Shown: piece by piece, positions 1-9,136 of the stretch
Position numbering within the stretch: the first letter of the stretch is position 1
Layout of the letters: each line of letters opens with the position of its first letter
Origin: an uncultured Nitrososphaerota archaeon
GTDB taxonomy: Archaea; Thermoproteota; Nitrososphaeria; Nitrososphaerales; Gagatemarchaeaceae
Reading direction: 5' to 3'
DNA: 64,000 nt
NCBI GenBank assembly: GCA_963838925.1
Contig: CAWISW010000001.1
Coordinates: forward strand, 128,001 to 192,000
The notes under the pieces: generated by a model
What the model saw: the letters and a program-made list of their open reading frames with translations, nothing else
What the model was told of the DNA's origin: nothing
The model's database searches: none
Program-made: the position numbers and the translations under genes

Positions 1-71
1 TCTTTGTGACAGCACGTTGGCGAGGAAAACGGGAATTACTGCTTAGTCATCGGTTCACATTGGTTAATTGG

Positions 72-132
72 CGTTCATTCTATCGTTCGACCGTTCATTC
101 ATTTGTTCCTCTGTCCGTTCATTCAGACGTTC
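72..132. repeat. Short direct-repeat array (CGTTCATTC x3; GTTC core x6), iteron/operator-like
   Basis: CGTTCATTC at 72, 92, 116; GTTC at 73, 85, 93, 105, 117, 129 (spacing 12,8,12,12,12); GTACTAGTAC palindrome at 156-165. Confidence 0.55.
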
Positions 133-258
133 AAACCAAAAAATTACCCCCCGGCGTACTAGTACTGGCACGTTCGCTGGGTGGGCCCTATTGGATAAGC
201 AAGGGGTTTCCTCGAGAAGTCCTAGAGACGAGAGACCATCGAGGACGATCTGCGACAG

Positions 259-609
259 CTAAACTGTCTTGCGAGCTTTACGGGCATCCCTTCGTATCAA
301 CTTGCCGCCTTGGTTGGCCCTAAAGCACCTGTAGATGCCGGTCTTGTACCGGGTTTCTTCCTCCCTTACCAATCCGTCGGCCTGGAGCTCTCTCAGGCAA
401 GACTTGACGGCGTTGTAGTTCATGCCCAAGTCGGCGGAAAGCGCCTTTGTAGACTTGCACGCACCTGATTTCGTCAGGTGCAAGAGTATCTCCATACACG
501 TTTGGTGCTCAGCACTGTAACCGAAGAATTTCCCATGGTCTTCCTCCGTACCAGTTGGCTTCTGTTCTGGTGACGTCTCACCGTTCCTTCGGATTCTGAT
601 GGTGGGCAA
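259..609 (-). CDS. Winged helix-turn-helix DNA-binding protein
   Basis: ILLHL..STKALSADLGMNYNAVKSCLRELQADGLVREE is an ArsR/MarR-like wHTH pattern. Confidence 0.7.
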   Translation of the reverse strand: MPTIRIRRNGETSPEQKPTGTEEDHGKFFGYSAEHQTCMEILLHLTKSGACKSTKALSADLGMNYNAVKSCLRELQADGLVREEETRYKTGIYRCFRANQGGKLIRRDARKARKTV

Positions 610-661
610 TGAGATTGAATCTCAAGGGAGACAGATAAGGAGGTTCTCCGCATCATGCCTC

Positions 662-2206
662 ATGAAAGGCGTCAGGATTTCCGACGAAGACAGAGAGCGA
701 GCCCTACAAATGTACATGATGGGGTATTCGTACAGCGAGATCGAGGCCGCCACCGGGGTCTCCCGGGCCTCCATGAGTGGAATCGTGAAAGATCAGACTC
801 GGAAGGACCCCAATCTCGCTGCCATCCGAGAGGTCGCAAGATACTGCAGGGAGCACGAAATTCCGTCAGAGGCTCTCCTGCGGGGGGTGGCCATCATCGA
901 CAGAGTCGAAGAGGCTGGATCTTCGCTCGAAGAGGTGACCAAGATAGTAATCCCTTTCATTGCAAAAGCCGGCGACGACGCGGAAGAATACTGTAAGAAT
1001 GGAGCTGCATACGCCGACCTTGTGGAGTCAACTGGGTTAACTCGCACTGAGCTCGTGGAGGAACACCAAAGGCTAGCGCAGAACCTGACCTCCCTCTCGA
1101 AGAAGACCGAAATCGCGGAACCGAAATTTGCGTCCCTCCAGAAGCAGATCGGTTCGTTGGAGTCCCGGCTGGCGCACCTGCGCGACCTAGAAGTGGTCGA
1201 AGCTAGCCTCCGAGGTAGCGGCAAAGGACCGGGAGAAGCGGCCAAAGTCGTGACCAAGATGGAGGGGCTGCTGAAGAAGGGTCTGAGCGACCACGTGATG
1301 GAAGCGCTTGCATCGGAGTTGGAGAAACGCGGCAGCGACCCCGCGAACGCGCCCCGCGTCATCGCCGAACTCGTGGCGAAGCATGGGAGCCTGGAATCGG
1401 CCGTCGAGAAGGAACGGCGCAAATGGGACTCGCTGAAGCGGCAGACGGAGGGGCTCGATGGGGAAGTGACACACTTGACCGGCGAGAGGGCGACACTGAA
1501 ACGGCAAGTCGACGGCCTTGGAACCAGTCTGAACGAGCTGCGCTCGGGGTACAACTCGATGGCCAAGGACTACAAGGAAAGAGAGTCGGAGTTCGCGCGC
1601 AAGCTCGCCGCGCTGGATCATGAGGCAAAGCAAAGGGCAGAGGAAGTCAAAGCGGCCAAGAATCAACTCGCGGCGCTAACGTGGGACGTCGACCTTGCCG
1701 TCGCGAAGCTCCACGTAACTCAGCGCGAGCAACGAGGATTGGAAGAGGCGATTCCGCAACTGCAATCGACGAAACGGGCGGCAGAGAAGGAGCTAGGCGT
1801 GATTCGGTACGGGTTGAACCAGGCGAAGCAGAAACTTGAAGGATTGCAGAACGAATGCAGCCAGCTGCGAGAGGGAATCGGGACGCTGAAGGAGGAGGAT
1901 CGGGTGCTCTCACAAGCCAAGGTCGAACTGGAGGAGAGCATCGGAAAGACCGTGGAAGTCCTGGACGGGATCGACAAGAAGATTGCAGAGAAGAAGAAGC
2001 TCGAGGTCCTAGTGACCCTGGTCAACGAACCTGAAAACAAGATGAGCCCTGTGACTGTGATGGAGCCAGCCCTTATAGTGCTTGTCGCTCTGGCCGTCCA
2101 CATGAACCAACACGCGTCAGAGATTTCCGAGTACCAGGCGCTCGTTCGAGCTGCCAGGATGCTGATAGAGTTGATGACCAACGCCGTCAGAGCATCGAGT
2201 CGATAG
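662..2206 (+). CDS. N-terminal HTH plus long coiled-coil protein
   Basis: ERALQMYMMGYSYSEIEAATGVSRASMSGIV HTH followed by about 300 aa of heptad-rich sequence; ATG 662 preferred over 599. Confidence 0.75.
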   Translation: MKGVRISDEDRERALQMYMMGYSYSEIEAATGVSRASMSGIVKDQTRKDPNLAAIREVARYCREHEIPSEALLRGVAIIDRVEEAGSSLEEVTKIVIPFIAKAGDDAEEYCKNGAAYADLVESTGLTRTELVEEHQRLAQNLTSLSKKTEIAEPKFASLQKQIGSLESRLAHLRDLEVVEASLRGSGKGPGEAAKVVTKMEGLLKKGLSDHVMEALASELEKRGSDPANAPRVIAELVAKHGSLESAVEKERRKWDSLKRQTEGLDGEVTHLTGERATLKRQVDGLGTSLNELRSGYNSMAKDYKERESEFARKLAALDHEAKQRAEEVKAAKNQLAALTWDVDLAVAKLHVTQREQRGLEEAIPQLQSTKRAAEKELGVIRYGLNQAKQKLEGLQNECSQLREGIGTLKEEDRVLSQAKVELEESIGKTVEVLDGIDKKIAEKKKLEVLVTLVNEPENKMSPVTVMEPALIVLVALAVHMNQHASEISEYQALVRAARMLIELMTNAVRASSR

Positions 2207-2342
2207 CCTTCTCTCAAGGTCACGCGCTCAGACCAAGGAAGCCCGGAGGATCGCGCGAGCAGTCGACGCGTTTGGGGAGAACTATGACCCGATACTGATC
2301 GAGGCGAAGAAGCTGTCGCTTCTCAGGGAAGTCAGCGAGATA

Positions 2343-2777
2343 GTGAAGGGGGTGATGCTGGAGGTGACCAAATTGGAGGATAAGGCGATCGAATTTCCCT
2401 ACAGCCACGAGGGGGAGGAGATCAGGATACGCTGGCAGTTCGCAGAGCGAATTGGCCTCTATGTCCTACGGGCGTTCCTTCTGAAACCTGAGGAGGCTGA
2501 AGCGGCCAATGAAGCATGGATCAATGGACGAGAAGGCCCGTTCTACAGAGTTACAGAATTCAAGGAGCTGGTCCAGGAGCTGAAACGATTGGTGACCACG
2601 TCACCCAGCATGAGCCTCATGGATCGCCCCGGGGGGATCGTCATCTACACGATGATGCAAAGAAGGGATCACCTTGGAGGCAGAAACCAGGTGAAACGGG
2701 GTGCTCTGACCGCGGCCGAAAGCGAGGAGCATGAACGAGGCAAACTAACAACGTTGAGAGCATCCGAAGCGAATTGA
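2343..2777 (+). CDS. Hypothetical protein (frame is open upstream to 2178)
   Basis: Protein-like composition, co-oriented with the upstream gene; no family recognised. Confidence 0.5.
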   Translation: MKGVMLEVTKLEDKAIEFPYSHEGEEIRIRWQFAERIGLYVLRAFLLKPEEAEAANEAWINGREGPFYRVTEFKELVQELKRLVTTSPSMSLMDRPGGIVIYTMMQRRDHLGGRNQVKRGALTAAESEEHERGKLTTLRASEAN

Positions 2778-2901
2778 CTTTAGATGCTCAATAGGTCCTT
2801 AATTCCCAACAATCGGCAAGTCCAGGGTAAGCATTCGGAGACCCGGCTTGTCATGTCGAGTAGACCTTGAGCGTCTTGTAGCGGCGGAAGGGCACACTGT
2901 C

Positions 2902-3147
2902 ATGCAACAAGGGACTTTGGAAGAAGTTAGCGGCGACGTGCGGGAATCGATCCACGAAGTGGATTTGGTGATCGCCAACATGGACGAACGCGAAGCTGCC
3001 TCTCCGGCCGAGTCAGTTCTGGCCAGAGAGCAAGATGCTCTGTGGGTGCAGATCCGCTCGGAGCTAGTCCTGTTGCGCGGGTACTACGGCGAGGCGCTAG
3101 GCCGGCTAGAGCGGATTGTGAAGGCGATGAGCGAGTCGAACACCTAG
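2902..3147 (+). CDS. Small helical hypothetical protein
   Basis: Amphipathic helical sequence MQQGTLEEV...LERIVKAM; start uncertain. Confidence 0.45.
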   Translation: MQQGTLEEVSGDVRESIHEVDLVIANMDEREAASPAESVLAREQDALWVQIRSELVLLRGYYGEALGRLERIVKAMSESNT

Positions 3148-3212
3148 CAACGGTGGCTCTTCGTCGACATGGAAAACGAATTTCTCGCGACAAAGACGTT
3201 GCCTGGGCGCCG

Positions 3213-3629
3213 TCAAACAAAGGCTTGGTATCTTGGAGGCTGCTTCAGTAGATCACTGAGAGATTTCGAATACCTTGTCTCGTCAAGCGGAGTGCTCTCA
3301 TCCATGACCCGGTGCATTCTGAACCAACCTGGTTTGGACTCGCAGACGACACCACATTGCTGAAGGTGCTTGAATGTGTTCTTGCTAGTCTCGTGATCGA
3401 CCTGTGCAGCCGAACTGATCATCTCGAGCAAGTTGCCCTCCCTGATGGGTTGCTCTCCTCTTCCCATCGCGCACTCGAGGAGAAACTTCCGAAGAGATCG
3501 CTGCCCCTTTTTGTTCAACTGCAGCTCTGTGATGACGCCTGCCAAGGCGCCTGACCAATCACTTAGTTGAAAGAGAATCTCGTTGGGAATCATCAGCGTT
3601 CCATTCGTCTTCCGTGACGCCCCTTTCAA
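3213..3629 (-). CDS. Small protein with winged helix resembling the archaeal MCM C-terminal wHTH
   Basis: IREGNLLEMISSAAQVDHETSKNTFKHLQQCGVVCESKPGWFR resembles the L...G.iyEpkPG.y wing motif. Confidence 0.5.
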   Translation of the reverse strand: MKGASRKTNGTLMIPNEILFQLSDWSGALAGVITELQLNKKGQRSLRKFLLECAMGRGEQPIREGNLLEMISSAAQVDHETSKNTFKHLQQCGVVCESKPGWFRMHRVMDESTPLDETRYSKSLSDLLKQPPRYQAFV

Positions 3630-3785
3630 ACAACGCGTAGTCCCACGGACAGTTCATTAAGGGTTAAGATTCACTTTGTTTCTCCATCTGTCAGTCCGAG
3701 TTCACAGGTTCGTGTCATCCATCCCCTAAGCTCAACGTGCGAGTGAGATGCCCCCGCAGAGGCGCAATGAGACCCTCGCGCATGG

Positions 3786-4226
3786 TTATCGGCTCTCGCC
3801 CGTTTCATCCACGAATTCCTTTGAGGTCAAGACCCTGATGAACTTCGCGGCTTTCTTGAGAGACTCGTCGTTCGAGATGAGGCACTCCGCCTCGCCTTTC
3901 ACGGCAGAAGCGACGACTATCGCATCCGGCAACCTGAGCCCTGTCTCCGCCTTGATCCTTCCGGCCTGGTCCGCCACGCCCACGGAGAGTTCGACTATGT
4001 CGTAGCTTTGAGAGGCCTCGATATGCGTGAGAAAATCGTCTTTTTCCTTGGTCTCGCCCGCCATGTGATACCCCGCGCACATCTCGGCTATCACGACGGT
4101 TGACACGACACAATTGAGGGACCCGGAGTCGATTCCGTCGAGGATTTTCTTGGAATCGCCGGACAGGGGCTCCTTGTTGACCACACCGACGAAGACGTTG
4201 GTGTCCAGGGATACGTTCAATCCCAT
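3786..4226 (-). CDS. vapC: PIN-domain VapC toxin
   Basis: SLDTNVF, STVVIAE, LRLPDAIVVASA, LISND; overlaps the antitoxin stop. Confidence 0.9.
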   Translation of the reverse strand: MGLNVSLDTNVFVGVVNKEPLSGDSKKILDGIDSGSLNCVVSTVVIAEMCAGYHMAGETKEKDDFLTHIEASQSYDIVELSVGVADQAGRIKAETGLRLPDAIVVASAVKGEAECLISNDESLKKAAKFIRVLTSKEFVDETGESR

Positions 4227-4462
4227 TCTTTCCTCAGCTTCCTCTGGAACTGGAGCGCGCCCACCTTCCAAGGCTTCTGACTCTGAAGGGCCTCGGAGAG
4301 CTTCTCGGACTTTGCCTTTCGGAGGATTACTTGCTCGCCTGCCTCTAGGAAGACCACGCGGTCTCCCTTCTTCAGCTTGAGAGAATCTCGTATCTCCTTG
4401 GGAATGGTCACCTGGCCCTTCTCGCTCACCGGAGAGACGCCTATTTCAGACATGGTCGCCAT
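4217..4462 (-). CDS. AbrB/MazE/SpoVT-family antitoxin
   Basis: VSEKGQVTIPKEIRDSLKLKKGDRVVF signature. Confidence 0.9.
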   Translation of the reverse strand: MATMSEIGVSPVSEKGQVTIPKEIRDSLKLKKGDRVVFLEAGEQVILRKAKSEKLSEALQSQKPWKVGALQFQRKLRKEWD

Positions 4463-4478
4463 ACCAAATGGAAGGACT

Positions 4479-4500
4479 TGCTTTACTTAAATGCTTTACT
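4479..4500. promoter_or_regulatory. TA promoter with direct-repeat operator
   Basis: TGCTTTACT at 4479-4487 and 4492-4500 around a TTTAAG TATA-like box upstream of the AbrB gene. Confidence 0.55.
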
Positions 4501-4835
4501 CCGTAGAAGCATCTCCCGATGAATCGAAGATCGTCGAAGAGTTAGGCAGGGTTACAAGAACGAAAGAAGCGGTCGAGGTCACTATCTGAGAGGCGTCTCC
4601 CCCCATCTCGTGGAGAGACGTCCTGAATGCCCAGCGGAAGAAGGGCTTCTCGCCAATTCGCCAGAGCGGGAGTCACATCGCATTGTCTTCCGCCGACGGC
4701 AAGCGGAGAGTGATTGTCCTCCGACGAAACGAAATCAAACCTGCAACCTTGCTGAGCATGGCCAAGGGTTCGGGCCGGAAGGAGCCCACCGCAATAATCA
4801 ACCAACATCTAATATCACGGCAGTGGCGCCGGTAA
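4501..4835 (+). pseudogene. hicA: Decayed hicBA locus: probable HicB tail (to 4589) plus start-less HicA toxin (4590-4835)
   Basis: Frame from 4590 reads PPISWRDVLNAQRKKGFSPIRQSGSHIALSSADGKRRVIV..NEIKPATLLS (HicA GSH motif) with no start codon; not in the ORF track. Confidence 0.75.
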
Positions 4836-4839
4836 GCCG

Positions 4840-6171
4840 TTGAAGGTGGGAGTCGTCGGGCTAGGATACGCAGGCCTGTGTACGGCTGTCTGCCTTGCGA
4901 GCAGATTCGATGTGGCAGGAGTCGATGTCGATGAGAAGCGCATTACGCGACTCAATGAGGGGGAGGCGCCGTTCCACGAGAAAGGGCTGTCTGCGCTTCT
5001 TGGAGGCGGCCGGGCTAAGGGAAAGCTCACCTTCTCCAGCAGCTACGACGCGCTCCGTGACAAGGATTCGATCTTCATAGCCGTCGGCACGCCGTCGGAA
5101 CAAGACGGCTCGATCGACCTCTCTCAAGTGAAGAGTGCGTCAACGCTGATCGGGCGGGAAATCATGAGGAGCAAGAACAAGCCACTGGTTGTCATCAAGA
5201 GCACCGTCACTCCTGGGACTGCGACCAACGTCGTCAGGCCCCTATTGGAGAAGGAATCCGGAAGGGATTGCGGGAAGGGCTTCGGTCTGTGCTCGAATCC
5301 AGAATTCCTCCGCGAAGGCGCGGCGATAGAGGACACCTTGAATCCAGACAGAATCGTCGTCGGTCCCTTCGACAAGAGTTCAGGGCTGGCCATGAGGTCG
5401 CTCTACAGAAGATTCTACGGCCCGAAGTTGCCGAGAATCGTCGAGACCACTCCTGAGAATGCGGAGCTGATCAAGTACGCCAGCAACACGTTTCTCGCCA
5501 CCAAGATCAGTTTCATAAACTTCATCGCGAGGATCTGTGAATCCCTCTCTGGAGCAGATGTGGGAGTGGTGGCGGAAGCGATGGGGCTTGACCCGCGGAT
5601 TGGGCGAAGATTCCTTCAGGCGGGTCCTGGATTCGGAGGCTCCTGCCTTCCAAAGGATTCCAGAGCGTTGAGCGCATACGTGGAACAACTCGGGATGGAC
5701 GCGTCCCTCTTGCGCTCTGTTTTGGCAATCAATGACACGCAGCCCGAACGCATTCTCTCCGCGGTCGAGAGAACGCTTGGCACAATCAAAGGGAAAGAGA
5801 TTGCTGTCCTCGGAGTCGCTTTCAAGGAGGAGAGCGACGACGTGCGGGAGTCCCGGGCCATCGTGCTCGCCAAGAAGCTTCTAAAGAATGGTGCCCGGGT
5901 GAGGATCAGCGACCCGATGGCGATGGACGGGGCGAAGAGGGAACTTGGGGAGAGCGTCAGGTACTACAAATCGGCCAGAGATTGCATCCGCGGAGCGGAC
6001 GCGGCGGTCGTGATGACTGCATGGGATGAGTTCAAGAAGCTGAGACCTGGGGACTTTGTGAAGCAGATGCGGACTCCCATTCTCTTTGATGCAAGACGGC
6101 TCTACGACGCAAACGAATACCGACTTGGAGGGCTAGAGTTCATTGCGGTGGGACGCGGCAGCTCGCGGTAG
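4840..6171 (+). CDS. ugd: UDP-glucose/GDP-mannose dehydrogenase family protein
   Basis: GLGYAG, IAVGTP, KSTVTPG, SNPEFLREG, GFGGSCLPKD. Confidence 0.92.
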   Translation: MKVGVVGLGYAGLCTAVCLASRFDVAGVDVDEKRITRLNEGEAPFHEKGLSALLGGGRAKGKLTFSSSYDALRDKDSIFIAVGTPSEQDGSIDLSQVKSASTLIGREIMRSKNKPLVVIKSTVTPGTATNVVRPLLEKESGRDCGKGFGLCSNPEFLREGAAIEDTLNPDRIVVGPFDKSSGLAMRSLYRRFYGPKLPRIVETTPENAELIKYASNTFLATKISFINFIARICESLSGADVGVVAEAMGLDPRIGRRFLQAGPGFGGSCLPKDSRALSAYVEQLGMDASLLRSVLAINDTQPERILSAVERTLGTIKGKEIAVLGVAFKEESDDVRESRAIVLAKKLLKNGARVRISDPMAMDGAKRELGESVRYYKSARDCIRGADAAVVMTAWDEFKKLRPGDFVKQMRTPILFDARRLYDANEYRLGGLEFIAVGRGSSR

Positions 6172-6183
6172 GCGCTTGTCGGC

Positions 6184-7116
6184 ATGAGGTGTCTCGTGAC
6201 TGGGGCTGCAGGATTCATCGGGTCACATCTCTCGGAGGCTTTGGTCAACGAGGGCAACTCCGCCCTCGGGGTTGACTGTTTCACCGACTACTACCCCAAG
6301 AGAATCAAGCTCTCGAACCTCTCTGCGCTTCGCAAGATGAAGAAGTTCAACCTGGTCGAGGCGGACCTCTCCTCTGCGAAGCTCTCGCCCCTGCTTCGAG
6401 ATGTGGAATATGTCTTCCACCTCGCAGCGCAGCCAGGCGTTCGCGCGAGCTGGGGCACCTCGTTCTCGCACTACGTCAAAGACAACATCGTGGCGACGCA
6501 GAGACTACTCGAAGCTGTGAAAGACTCCGGACTCAAGAAGTTCGTCTACGCGTCGTCCTCGTCGATATACGGGGACTCTGAGCGCCTGCCCACTCCTGAA
6601 GAGACCACGCCGCGACCGGTCTCGCCTTACGGAGCGACCAAGCTTACAGGAGAGCACCTGTGCCACGTGTACTTCAGGAACTACGCAGTCCCAGTCGTGG
6701 TGTTGAGATACTTCACGGTCTACGGGCCGAGGCAGAGGCCCGACATGGCGTTCAACAAGTTCATTGCCAAGATCGCGGCTGGAAAAGAGATCCAGGTGTA
6801 CGGGGACGGAGAGCAAATGCGGGACTTCACCTTCGTCGCCGATATCGTCGCCGGGAACATCTTGGCTCTAGATGCGAAGCCGGGGACCACCTACAACGTG
6901 GGGGCAGGGAGGACGGTCGCCCTGAATGACGTGATAGCCACGATGGGGTCGATCATCGGCAAGAAGGCCAAGGTCGCGAGGCGGGAGACCGCGTTGGGGG
7001 ACGTGAGGAACACTTCGGCCGACATCACCCGCATCTCGCGAGACTTGGGATACGCGCCGCGAACAACCCTCGCAGAAGGGCTAAGGCGGCAGATTGACGC
7101 CCAGCTGGCAGGCTGA
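6184..7116 (+). CDS. NAD-dependent nucleotide-sugar epimerase (UDP-glucuronate 4-epimerase-like)
   Basis: TGAAGFIG, HLAAQPGVR, YGATK, RYFTVYGPRQRPDMA. Confidence 0.9.
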   Translation: MRCLVTGAAGFIGSHLSEALVNEGNSALGVDCFTDYYPKRIKLSNLSALRKMKKFNLVEADLSSAKLSPLLRDVEYVFHLAAQPGVRASWGTSFSHYVKDNIVATQRLLEAVKDSGLKKFVYASSSSIYGDSERLPTPEETTPRPVSPYGATKLTGEHLCHVYFRNYAVPVVVLRYFTVYGPRQRPDMAFNKFIAKIAAGKEIQVYGDGEQMRDFTFVADIVAGNILALDAKPGTTYNVGAGRTVALNDVIATMGSIIGKKAKVARRETALGDVRNTSADITRISRDLGYAPRTTLAEGLRRQIDAQLAG

Positions 7117-7209
7117 TGCCTGCATATCGATGGACGGCGGGCCGGCAAGAGATATCAACTCGACCTCGTCGGTACTACCTGCATGCTCGACACTCGTTCA
7201 GCACCTCAG

Positions 7210-8115
7210 ATGCCGCGCATCTCCGTCGTCATCCCCACAAGGAACAGGATGGACAAGCTCGTTAGGTGCCTGGAGTCTGTCTTCAAGAGCGACTACGGCG
7301 AGTTAGAAGTGATGGTGGTCGACGACGCGTCAGACAATCCTGTTGGGCCGATTCTATCTGGAAGGTTTCCAAGCGTCCGTTTCATCCGAAACAGGGAGCG
7401 GAGGCTCCTCTCGTGCTCGCGGAACATGGGTGCCGCAGCATCAAGCGGGGATTATCTCTTCTTCCTGGACGACGACAACGTTCTCGCTCCTGACGCAATC
7501 CGACTTCTTTCGGAATCGCTGGGCAAATCTGAACGCATAGCGGTCTCCGCTCCACTCATCTTTTATTTGGGTCGTCCCACGACGGTGTGGACGTCATACA
7601 TCTCAAGGAGCAAGTTTCCTGGATTCTACACTTTGCACACAGATATCCCGGCCTCTGACGCAGTCACCTTCTCGTTCCACAACTCCTTCATGGTGAAGAG
7701 AGAAGTCTTCGAACGACTGCGCGGCTTTGACTGCACGAACTTCCCCATTCATTTCAGCGAAGTTGATTTTGCTCACCGTGTAAGTGAAGGGGGTTATCTT
7801 GCTGTAATCAATCCTCGAGCGAAGGACTGGCACGACCTAGGCTGGTCGATGGTCCATGTGGACAGCGCGAGGTCCTACTACACTGAGCGCAACAGAATCA
7901 TCGTCATCAAGAGATATTATCAGAAGGGGGACCTCAGGTTTTATAGCGTCTGCATCCTTCCATTCATCAGCCTATATTACCTTCTTCACCATACGATCAG
8001 TTCGTCGGACGGAAGAATTCAGACCGCAACATCATTTCTGAAAGGCATCATCTCGGGACTGACATTCAAAGAAGACTTGAGTGCCGCTCATTCAGAGGGC
8101 TTTCTCCACCGCTGA
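7210..8115 (+). CDS. Glycosyltransferase family 2
   Basis: ISVVIPTRNR, VVDDAS, FLDDDN. Confidence 0.88.
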   Translation: MPRISVVIPTRNRMDKLVRCLESVFKSDYGELEVMVVDDASDNPVGPILSGRFPSVRFIRNRERRLLSCSRNMGAAASSGDYLFFLDDDNVLAPDAIRLLSESLGKSERIAVSAPLIFYLGRPTTVWTSYISRSKFPGFYTLHTDIPASDAVTFSFHNSFMVKREVFERLRGFDCTNFPIHFSEVDFAHRVSEGGYLAVINPRAKDWHDLGWSMVHVDSARSYYTERNRIIVIKRYYQKGDLRFYSVCILPFISLYYLLHHTISSSDGRIQTATSFLKGIISGLTFKEDLSAAHSEGFLHR

Positions 8116-8183
8116 AGTTCTGCTTGCGGACGTAACGCTTATCTCAACTGATGCAGGGTGTCTTTGGCATAGCGCGACTCTGA

Positions 8184-9059
8184 TTGAAAGTAGCCTGCAT
8201 TCCAGCCCTGAATGAGGAGAGGACAATCGGCAGGGTCGTAGTCCTTGCTCAAAGATATGTCGATAAGGTCATCGTGTGCGACGATGGTTCAGATGACATG
8301 ACTGGTCAAATTGCCGAAAAGCTGGGTGCAAGAGTAATCGTTCACTCGCAGAACATGGGAAAGGGAGAAGCAATGCGCTCTCTGTTCGCCGCGTGCAAGG
8401 AAATGGGCGTAGACGTCATGGTCACCCTGGATGGTGATAATCAGCATAATCCCGACGAAATCCCCCTTCTCGTTGAGCCTCTGGAGAGTGATTCGGCAGA
8501 CATCGTAATAGGGGCGAGATTCCACGAGGGGAACAAGGGCATACCCGCTTACCGAAAGACAGGAAACAAGCTTCTCAATGTTGTCACGCTAAATGGAATC
8601 TCTGATACTCAATCAGGCTTCAGAGCCTACAACAAAAAGGCCATCGAGACAATAATGCCGGCCGAGATGGGGATGGGCGTAGATTCGGAGATTTTGATGG
8701 AAGCGTCACGCAAGGGACTGAGATTGCTAGAAATTCCGGTTTCTGTCATGTACGGCGAAGGCAAGACTTCGACCCATAACCCGATTTATCACACAATGGA
8801 CGTGATGATAAGCGCGCTGAAGATTACTTCAATCAGACATCCGCTCATTTTCTACGGTATCCCGGGCATCGGAATCTCGTTGGTCGGTCTTTATTTCGTT
8901 CTTCACGCGTTTGTTCTCTTCTCGGAACAGCAGGTGATTACCAACATCACAATGACCTATGCGCTGATGGGTTTTTCGATTGGAATCTTTGGGCTGTTCA
9001 CCTTCTTCACAGGGATAATTCTATTTACCCTTTCCACCGTAGTGCGAAAAACTGCGTAA
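8184..9059 (+). CDS. GT2 DPM1-like polyprenol-phosphate glycosyltransferase with C-terminal TM helices
   Basis: IPALNEE, CDDGSDD, TLDGDNQH, DTQSGFRAY, two C-terminal hydrophobic helices. Confidence 0.88.
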   Translation: MKVACIPALNEERTIGRVVVLAQRYVDKVIVCDDGSDDMTGQIAEKLGARVIVHSQNMGKGEAMRSLFAACKEMGVDVMVTLDGDNQHNPDEIPLLVEPLESDSADIVIGARFHEGNKGIPAYRKTGNKLLNVVTLNGISDTQSGFRAYNKKAIETIMPAEMGMGVDSEILMEASRKGLRLLEIPVSVMYGEGKTSTHNPIYHTMDVMISALKITSIRHPLIFYGIPGIGISLVGLYFVLHAFVLFSEQQVITNITMTYALMGFSIGIFGLFTFFTGIILFTLSTVVRKTA

Positions 9060-9136
9060 CCTCTATTTGTCGGGTGGCCTCCGGATGCCTTCGCACCTAT
9101 ATATCGTCAGAATCTTGCTGAGTTTCTGAAGCGCCG

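Noticed and set aside
662-2206. SMC/Rad50 ATPase
   Set aside because: Coiled coil only; no Walker A/B or signature motif
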